Origin: Octopus bimaculoides
Taxonomy: Eukaryota
DNA length: 39,747 nt
Direction of reading: 5' to 3'
NCBI RefSeq assembly: GCF_001194135.2
Contig: NC_068983.1
Location: 29,648,711-29,688,457, forward strand
Position numbers and translations under genes: made by a program. This document shows, piece after piece, positions 33,901 through 39,747 of the stretch. Each line of letters begins with the position of its first letter. Positions within the stretch are counted from its first letter, which is position 1. Under the pieces are notes generated by a model. The model saw only the letters and a program-made list of their open reading frames with translations. It was not told the DNA's origin and made no database searches.

Positions 33901-36142
33901 ACATTAAAATATTAGGATGGAAGTTTGGTACAGTTTTGGGAGATGAAGTAAGTCGATTAAAGCGACCCCAGTGCTCAACTGGTAGTTAATTTATCGACCC
34001 CGAAAGGATGAAAGCAAAGTTGATTCCGGCGGCATTTGAATTCAGAACGTAAAGTCGGAAGAAATGCCGTTAAGGCTCGCCGCCTTGATATAATGTAAAT
34101 ATTAAAAATGTTAAAGAGGTGATTTTTAAATTCTCAATCGCAGAATAATGCTAATAATATAGCCTGAACAGGATAAACTACCCCTATTTTGCAGAGAAAA
34201 GTGTAGGTGGCTAGCTCTAGGGTAGTTTATCCTGTTCAGGCTATATTATTAGCATTATTCTGCGATTGAGAATTTAAAAATCACTTCTTTAACTTTCTAA
34301 AAGACATCTCAACGCTTCTAAAAAGCAAACTTCGTTTGTTTATTTACGTTTGTCGTAATTTGAATTTAACATATTAAAAATATTTTGAATGTCGGGACAT
34401 TATACATTAAAATATTAGAACAAAGTATTAGAGCATAATAAAATATATTAGAACATTTGAATATGATTTGTACTTTTTAATAGCATAGTTACGAAAAAAC
34501 AAAGAGATTGGCCCATCAAAGCAAATTCAAAATGCTTCTACAAACGATAAACATAAGAAAAATAGCAAGAGCGTAAATATTTCACACCTTCAGACAGACT
34601 TTTCGAAAGAAAAGAAGATAAGGTATTTAACAGTTAAATGACTTTTATGGATATCGAAGTAAACTACCTTTCAACAATGTATTTACCTAAATATGATATA
34701 TAGATACTATTTAGTAGTGCACATAATGCATTTTTATTCGCTACACCAGAGAATGCTTTATTCCCTGTTTCTTATATATCGGTGATGACAAATCTAAGCA
34801 TGTGGTTGGTAGTGAGTACTTACCATTGATGAAGCGTAGAACGCTAAAATGTATCTGGCGATCTTAGTAGTCACTGCCTGGACGATATTCGTCTCTCTCC
34901 GATATACATTGTCTTTTTAAACACAATACGTTCATAAGAGATGTTATCTATGGATGAATACAGCAGTAAATTGCCTTTCAACGATGTATTTACATTAAGT
35001 ACGATACATAGGTGGCTATATTTCTCGATGCTTTTACATTTATATTCTAACAAAGGAAAAAATTTGAAAGTGATTTTGATGCTTTGCTCGGCAATAACAA
35101 CAAAAAGAACAGATTCATTTGGGAGAAAAGGAAAGAAAACAGTTTTGTCCATATTACTTTGAACAATGAATTTTTAAATGGGAACAGGACTTAAGTTTCT
35201 TTGAGACAAAATGCTACAGCTAATACCGATCCCCATTTGTATACGCGGTGCCCCACCATGGCCACACCCTCAAGCTGAAACTAGAAAAAGTTGGAAGCAA
35301 AGACTATATAAATGTATTAAACGATTAAATATCATATCTTTTACTTGTTTCAGTTATATTGGAGCGCAGCTCTTCTGGGGCTCCACTTTATATTGAAGCT
35401 TGTCACTTATCGATATCTTTTGACGAACCCTTAGGTTATTAAAATTAAACAAACCAACACCAGATGTCAAGCCCTGTGCTGGGGACTGAACCCGAAACCA
35501 TGTGGTTGCAAAGCGGGCTTCTTAACTACACAGCCATTTATGTGTCTGTAGCCACGCCTGCACCGATATGGATTTATTTTTCAATGTAACATTAAACTGC
35601 TCTTTTAAGTAGCTTTATGTTGCTCTACTGTTTTCTTTATTCCATCCTTTTACTAGTTTTAATCACTGGACTGCATCCATGATGGAACCATTTTTCCGTT
35701 GATTATATTTCCTTAAGATATCAATCTGCATTTAAAAAACAATTGAAGGAATGTTATATTCTATTACAAATGCTTGGTAGAACGCTTTCATCAGTGTTTA
35801 ATACAAGCCGACGAAAGAACCTTTATGTGGTCGCTCGTCCTACTAAATATAACAAGGACTCCCTAAAATTGCACCATACCGTCTTTAAAAAAAAACGGAA
35901 CATATTGGTTAATATGGTCCTTGGGAAATTATCACAAAGAAAAGCGAGACGATCAAAGCCGTTAATCATAGTTCTACTCCATCAAGGCAGACTAGGGTCG
36001 AAACTGCAACATCAAAATGATCGTATAGGAAAATACTTACCGAGCATGTTGGAAATGCTGGCATCAAAGCAGGCAAAGTTAATGAGAGCGTAAGCAATAA
36101 GGAAAAAGTTGGATATAATTGGTGCTATAGCGTTTAGCGAAC
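16643..36142 (-). CDS. SLC12A2: Na-K-2Cl cotransporter (NKCC1/SLC12A2-like), 3' 13 coding exons; 5' part not in window
   Basis: Thirteen exons with AG/GT ends (one GC donor) join in phase into one frame of 1622 nt ending in TGA. The peptide carries NKCC hallmark motifs in the correct order: [92 protein letters not shown]. The exact paralog identity is not resolved. Confidence 0.95.
17241..17460 (+). mobile_element. tRNA-derived SINE interrupted by an N gap
   Basis: GGCGCGTGGCCTAGT...GGGTTCGATCC...AAAACACTTAATTTCACGTTGCTCC. Confidence 0.65.
18400..19320 (+). mobile_element. degenerate Penelope-like reverse transcriptase, antisense in the last NKCC intron
   Basis: Motifs occur in PLE order: KSGLGK, NK..C.F..F.I, PFDV...D...[39 protein letters not shown]; many stops and frameshifts. 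Confidence 0.72.
19544..19611 (-). CDS. SLC12A2: NKCC exon L: [22 protein letters not shown](L)
   Basis: gttgtcag|ACT ... GTT TT|gtaagt; 68 nt, phase 0-2. Confidence 0.95.
19935..20316 (-). mobile_element. tRNA-derived SINE family C with 12-bp TSD GACAGATTAAAT
   Basis: tRNA-like head (GGCGCAATGGCCCAATGGTTAG...GTTTCGATTCC), a GCACGTTAA core and a flanking direct repeat. Confidence 0.92.
20755..20866 (-). CDS. SLC12A2: NKCC exon K: (T)[37 protein letters not shown]
   Basis: ttattatag|T ATG ... AAA|gtaagt; 112 nt, phase 2-0. Confidence 0.94.
20915..21700 (-). mobile_element. tandem cluster of four SINE family B copies in the NKCC J-K intron
   Basis: Copies at about 20915-21142, 21160-21300, 21300-21543 and 21575-21700, with (TAA)n/(TAG)n runs at most junctions. 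Confidence 0.9.
22060..22146 (-). CDS. SLC12A2: NKCC exon J: (R)[28 protein letters not shown](T)
   Basis: ctaacag|G ATG ... ACC AC|gtacgc; 87 nt, phase 2-2. Confidence 0.94.
22262..22603 (-). mobile_element. SINE family C with TSD GAATAGGCAGAGG
   Basis: Colinear with 19935-20316; direct repeats at about 22242 and 22604. Confidence 0.92.
23071..23185 (-). CDS. SLC12A2: NKCC exon I: (G)[37 protein letters not shown](R)
   Basis: tgcag|GT TTG ... AGA CG|gtaagt; 115 nt, phase 1-2. Confidence 0.96.
23579..23842 (-). CDS. SLC12A2: NKCC exon H: (E)[14 protein letters not shown]...GLDNPAY...[17 protein letters not shown](G)
   Basis: ttttatcaag|AA AGT ... GGA G|gcaagt; 264 nt, phase 1-1. It has an AAG acceptor and a GC donor; the 5' end is inferred from phase. 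Confidence 0.85.
24128..24495. repeat. (GCGT)n/(GT)n microsatellite spanning the N gap 24232-24415
   Basis: Direct reading. Confidence 0.95.
25007..25134 (-). CDS. SLC12A2: NKCC exon G: (H)[42 protein letters not shown]
   Basis: ttgtatag|T GAT ... GAA G|gtgtgt; 128 nt, phase 2-1. The donor is weaker, so the 3' end is less certain. Confidence 0.88.
25502..25823 (-). mobile_element. SINE with the family C 3' core but a different tRNA head and body
   Basis: The 3' ~170 bp matches family C; the 5' part (GGCGCGTAGCTTAGTGGTTAGGGCATTCGGCTC...GAGCAAGAAACTTTATTTCACGTT) does not. Confidence 0.85.
26640..26935 (-). mobile_element. diverged SINE, family A head with alternative body
   Basis: Shares CCACTCACAA/GTGGATATGG and the downstream body with 28935-29383 in the opposite orientation. 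Confidence 0.7.
27062..27168 (-). CDS. SLC12A2: NKCC exon F: [35 protein letters not shown](H)
   Basis: gtttttag|ATA ... ATT CA|gtgagt; 107 nt, phase 0-2. Confidence 0.96.
28672..28806 (-). CDS. SLC12A2: NKCC exon E: [45 protein letters not shown]
   Basis: ttttttcag|GGA ... CAG|gtaaat; 135 nt, phase 0-0. Confidence 0.95.
28935..29630 (+). mobile_element. two tandem diverged SINEs (family A-like head, RTE-type ...GGAAAAGTRGACRTTAAA-(GAT)n tail)
   Basis: Heads near 28935 and 29384; tails near 29380 and 29630. Confidence 0.65.
30056..30167 (-). CDS. SLC12A2: NKCC exon D: (R)[37 protein letters not shown]
   Basis: tttttcag|G CCT ... CTG|gtaatc; 112 nt, phase 2-0. Confidence 0.95.
30400..30720 (+). 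mobile_element. highly degenerate CR1/L2-like LINE 3' fragment
   Basis: IKPIMKYCS...FLRFYY resembles the IRP.MEYCS...LFYRY region. Confidence 0.45.
30767..30866 (-). CDS. SLC12A2: NKCC exon C: (E)[32 protein letters not shown](R)
   Basis: attatag|AA GTC ... TTC CG|gtgagt; 100 nt, phase 1-2. Confidence 0.96.
30945..31153 (-). mobile_element. SINE family B, full length, with (ATT)n tail next to the exon C acceptor
   Basis: High similarity to the 21300-21543 copy. Confidence 0.9.
32385..32625 (-). mobile_element. diverged SINE family A fragment
   Basis: TTGTTTCAGTCA...CTGCGGCC...GAACCGCCAAGTTACGG matches the 3' body. Confidence 0.7.
32773..32928 (-). CDS. SLC12A2: NKCC exon B (TM11-12): (G)[51 protein letters not shown]
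   Basis: ttcacag|GT TTC ... CCA G|gtaaag; 156 nt, phase 1-1. Confidence 0.96.
33071..33790 (-). mobile_element. 5'-truncated Penelope-like element: GIY-YIG endonuclease ORF (33404-33748), tRNA-like module, pseudo-LTR with hammerhead
   Basis: [28 protein letters not shown] is the PLE GIY-YIG signature; CCTGAAGAAGG...CCGAAACGTT is a typical PLE terminal repeat. Confidence 0.92.
33185..33230 (-). ncRNA. minimal type I hammerhead ribozyme motif (Penelope-associated)
   Basis: GACAC-CUGAAGA-A-GGCUG(loop)CAGCC-GAAA-CG-UU-GUGUU: stems I and II pair, and stem III is the palindromic ACGU. Confidence 0.7.
33925..34085 (-). mobile_element. SINE family B, internally deleted
   Basis: CGACCCCAGTGCTCAACTGGTA...GAAAGGATGAAAG...GCTCGCCGCC. 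Confidence 0.8.
34110..34293. repeat. 74-bp near-perfect inverted repeat with 36-nt spacer
   Basis: Arms 34110-34183 and 34220-34293 are reverse complements except at one position. Confidence 0.95.
34870..35030 (+). mobile_element. short Penelope-like RT fragment
   Basis: Single frame LDDI...VFLNTI...[14 protein letters not shown], resembling YVDD...FT.E.E..KLPFLDV. Confidence 0.45.
35340..35550 (-). mobile_element. diverged, internally deleted SINE family A
   Basis: Tail (TTACTTGTTTCAG) and head (GGGACTGAACCCGAAACCATGTGGTT) are both recognisable. Confidence 0.7.
36041..36142 (-). CDS. SLC12A2: NKCC exon A (TM10): (G)[33 protein letters not shown]
   Basis: tatttcag|GT TCG ... CTC G|gtaagt; 102 nt, phase 1-1. 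Confidence 0.95.
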
Positions 36143-36354
36143 CTGAAATATAAAGATGAAACAACAGAATAAACTAAATGCGCTTAGATCAATTTACGAA
36201 GACGATTTCACGTTAATTGAAATGTGATTATATTTTAAGAACACAGCTGCTTGATATTATACATGATCTTTAAGTCTTTGATAATATCAACCAATGTCGA
36301 TTTGGTTAACCCGCTCGGAACTGTTTCACGGGACACATTCATTCAGATACTTTC

Positions 36355-36430
36355 GATTCGTCATCATCGTTTAACGTTCGTTTTCTGTGCTGGCATGGAC
36401 TGGATGGTTCGACAGGACTCGTCAAGCCGC
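36355..36430 (-). mobile_element. 3' tail of an RTE-type element/SINE ending in (GAT)n
   Basis: Plus strand TCATCATCGTTTAACGTTCGTTTTCTGTGCTGGCATGG; related to the tails at 29380 and 29630. Confidence 0.55.
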
Positions 36431-37349
36431 TGAACTGAATCAATATCTCAGTGTCAGATTTGGAATGGCTTCTACAGCGGGATGTCCTTCCTAAGGCCAA
36501 CCGTTTTACAGCGGGTACTGCGTGTCTTTTTCGTGACACCGGTACTAGTGAAGTGCAAGGCAAAATAAAGGAAAGGAAAAAACCCTTTTCCTCAACTAAA
36601 TGGGAGTTATGTGAGAGACAAGAAGATGACTTTATTCCAAGTGTTGAAGGCTAAAGATTAACAGAAGGACAAGCACAGATGCCTTGATATAAAAGTGCGT
36701 GCATACATACATACAGACAGACAGACAGACAGACAGACTGACAGAGCGTATGTGTGTATGTGTCATTCTCTACAAAGCAACAAGCAACCGATAACAAAAT
36801 AGGCCCATTGCAACTACTTAGCATGTTTGGAGTTACAAAATTAAAATAAAATAAAATAATCTAATGAAAAGCTACCTTTAGAAAAAAAAATAAGAATCAA
36901 CGGGAGATTTAAAAGATACAAGATATTTATCTGGAAAACAAGATGGAAGAGAGCTCTACAAGATAGAAATCTAGGAAAAAGCCAAAAAACAAAATACTAG
37001 GATAGAAACTCTCCTTACAAAAAGAGTCGACAACAATGTAAGGTTGAGAATTGGCAGAAAAACGTTTCAATCGGTTTATAACTTTACGATTGCGTTTTCC
37101 CTGCCCAATTTCGGGAAAACTCACTCAATCCTTCTTCTACGGTACGTCATCCTTTCACAGTTCTCTCCTTGAGCATGTTTTCCTGCAGCCCAATCATTCA
37201 AGAGGAACATTAACCACGTTGACCGCCAACAATATCGAAGGGAGTGAGAAAGGCATGGGTGGGGGCACCTACACACGTACATATATGGTGTAATATATAA
37301 GCATTATATATAATATACACACCATATAAACATTACATGGGTTTCACTT

Positions 37350-37425
37350 GTTTTCGTGATTAGACTGCGGCCATGCTGGAGCACCACCTTGAAGGGTTTA
37401 ATTGAACATATCGACCCCAGCTGTC
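37350..37425 (-). mobile_element. SINE family A 3' end, running into an N gap
   Basis: GACTGCGGCCATGCTGGAGCACCACC...ATCGACCCCAG. Confidence 0.75.
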
Positions 37426-37682
37426 NNNNNNNNNNNNNNNNNNNNNNNNNNNNNNNNNNNNNNNNNNNNNNNNNNNNNNNNNNNNNNNNNNNNNNNNNNN
37501 NNNNNNNNNNNNNNNNNNNNNNNNNNNNNNNNNNNNNNNNNNNNNNNNNNNNNNNNNNNNNNNNNNNNNNNNNNNNNNNNNNNNNNNNNNNNNNNNNNNN
37601 NNNNNNNNNNNNNNNNNNNNNNNNNNNNNNNNNNNNNNNNNNNNNNNNNNNNNNNNNNNNNNNNNNNNNNNNNNNNNNNNNN
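37426..37682. other. assembly gap (others: 646-737, 1546-1748, 3651-3783, 17389-17422, 24232-24415, 25855-25869)
   Basis: Runs of N, mostly next to simple repeats. Confidence 1.
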
Positions 37683-38139
37683 ATATATACGCAGCTAAGA
37701 CCATATTACCCAACATTTTCCCTCTATTAGGATGGCTGAGAGTCATTTGAGGTAAAATTAGTTACTACTTCTAGCTAGTCAATCGATCACAGAAACTTAT
37801 AATTCTAATCTTTCATGTTGTAGACATCTCTGGATATTTTTCCCCACTTTTAAATTATTATACCACAGTGTTCATTCAATGAAGTCATATATTTCCCGCC
37901 AGTCAGTCTGAGATTGTGTGTCGCTGATGAGCTCCATTTAGACTGAAACCTGTCTAAAGTTTTTAACGTACTGCGAAAGATCAGATTCGTCCCCCACTGC
38001 ATTCCAAATTTACTCAATTTTAATTCATTTAAAATTTCCGGCTTACCCCTTTCTGCTTGTTTTTTTCTTTTTCTTTCTTTTTTGTTCGTTTCTTGTTTTA
38101 CTTTTCTTTTCGCATTTTTGCCAGAATTAGTTTTATCCT

Positions 38140-38470
38140 GTTTCGTTCATTGGACTGCAGCTATACTGTGGTACTGCCTTGAGTTTTAGTCGAACAAATC
38201 GACCGCAGTACTTATTTTTTAGTCTGATACTTACTCCGCTGTTCCCTTTTGACGAACTGATAAGTTACGGGGATGTAAGCAAACCAGCCTTGGTTATCAA
38301 GTAGTGCTAGGCGGGAGGGGACACACACGCACGAGCTTTTTTTTCAATTTCCAAATCTACTAAACCCACCCACAAAGCTTTGATAGGAGACACTTGCCCA
38401 AAAGGCCATGCAGGGCGGACCGAACCCAAAACCGTGTGGTTGGAAAGGAAACGTCTTACCACACAGCTAT
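38140..38470 (-). mobile_element. diverged SINE family A
   Basis: Colinear with other copies (GACACTTGCCCAA, ACCACACAGC). Confidence 0.75.
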
Positions 38471-39077
38471 CTCATCAGTAATGGTGTAATTTTTATTAAA
38501 ATTTCTTGGTTTCTTACTCCATAAACTATGTTAGCGTTCACTTTACTATAAGCAGAGATGTTTCTTTGTCTATTTGTTACTTATTGACCCTGACCTACCA
38601 TAGAAATTATCTTCGACAAACCGTTAAAATTAAATCTAGCAGAGGGTATCATACAACTGACATGGTGTCAATGGAAAAATGTGTTAGAGACCGCCATTTT
38701 TATTCTATACATTCACAATTACAGTCTGTCATGCGTAAATACAATAAGTTTTTCTTTCTATAAATAACTACAAAAACAGGCAGACCCAAAGAGAAACGTT
38801 CTCTAAAATAAATTGTGAGGGAGCTATCAGTAGGGTTGGGAAAAGAGGTGAGAGGAGAGAGACAGGCGCTTAGATGTAAAGATGTAAATGTATAAACACA
38901 CACAAGTATATGTACACAGATAAAGATATATAAACATAGATATAAAGATACGTACACATACAGACAAATATAAATACATATATATAAAGATACTCGCATA
39001 ATGACGAATACATACATATATAAATATATATGAGATACTCGCATAATGACGAATATATATATATATATATATATGCG

Positions 39078-39182
39078 CGAGGGGTGTATTAAAAGTCTTG
39101 AGCCTCAAAAAAATAAAACATGGTACAAAACTTCTGATGAAGGTACAAGACTTCACGGCTCAAAACTTTCATGCACCCCTCG
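39078..39182. mobile_element. 105-bp mariner-type MITE
   Basis: TIRs CGAGGGGTGTATTAAAAGTCTTGAGCC / GGCTCAAAACTTTCATGCACCCCTCG, followed by TA. Confidence 0.75.
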
Positions 39183-39319
39183 TATGTACATACATATATA
39201 AAGAAGCTCCCATAATGACGAATACATACATACATATGTCTATATATAATGATACATAAATATACAAATATATATATTCTTTTATTTCGGTCATTTGACA
39301 TCATTCCATAACCTTTGTG

Positions 39320-39420
39320 AAAAATGGACCACCTCCTCATTATGACAAACGTGTAAGAAACTCTCTCGATGAGCACCTACGAAATCGTTGGATTTTCAAA
39401 CAATCAAGTTGGGGCACTGG
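39320..39420 (+). mobile_element. Tc1/mariner transposase fragment
   Basis: NGPPPHYDKRVRNSLDEHLRNRWI resembles the QDGAPPH...VR..LDE....RWI region around the second catalytic Asp. Confidence 0.7.
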
Positions 39421-39703
39421 TTTTGGGAGTTTAGGACATTTACCCCCATGTCAACAACCTGCTTAGACAATTAACCCTAAGCAGTTAAAGAAAGGTGCGC
39501 CTAATGGGTTTACTTTTATAAGTTTCAGGAGGAAAACAACTTGTGTATGAAGATCGAATGATTCCACTAATTTTTTCTCAGGAAAGGTCGGTTGGTCGGA
39601 GGACAATGTGAAAGAATACTGTTACAATACAGTGGTCCCCGGAAGAAAACAAAGCATATTTGCTTTCTTTTAACTTCATATTATATATATATATTTACAT
39701 AAA

Positions 39704-39747
<44 letters not shown>

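Noticed and set aside
37924-37955. CTGATGA...GAAA...TC hammerhead-like string
   Set aside because: Stems I and II do not pair convincingly.
38985-39235. Three short direct repeats (GCATAATGACGAATA) around the MITE
   Set aside because: They are embedded in TA microsatellite and most likely arose by local slippage or duplication; nothing suggests a function.
39089-39376. Minus-strand ORF with FHKGYG, resembling the FAKGYG of the missing upstream NKCC exon
   Set aside because: Spacing and flanking residues do not match, there is no suitable phase-1 donor, and the plus strand is better explained as a mariner transposase fragment.

Overview
AT-rich, microsatellite- and retroposon-dense eukaryotic genomic DNA with seven N gaps. 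The repeat families resemble those I recall from Octopus genomes; that assignment is an inference. The only host gene I can support is the 3' half of a Na-K-2Cl cotransporter (NKCC1/SLC12A2-like) on the minus strand. It has 13 coding exons between 36142 and 16643 that join in phase into one open frame (1622 nt, about 540 codons, TM10 to the C-terminal stop); the 5' exons lie beyond the window or in a gap. The rest is tRNA-derived SINEs of several families, degenerate LINE pieces (RTE-like, CR1/L2-like, R4/Dong-like), several Penelope-like element relics, Tc1/mariner relics, MITEs and simple repeats. The most notable observations are: an obligatory GC-AG intron; two splice acceptors directly abutted by SINE (ATT)n tails; a sense-strand intronic Penelope remnant with a tRNA-like Pol III module just upstream of a minimal hammerhead ribozyme; a 74-bp near-perfect intronic hairpin whose single mismatch is A:C on the transcript; and an inverted SINE pair flanking two exons. 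I see no clear evidence for a wholly new gene system. All alignments were done by eye and repeat boundaries are approximate.
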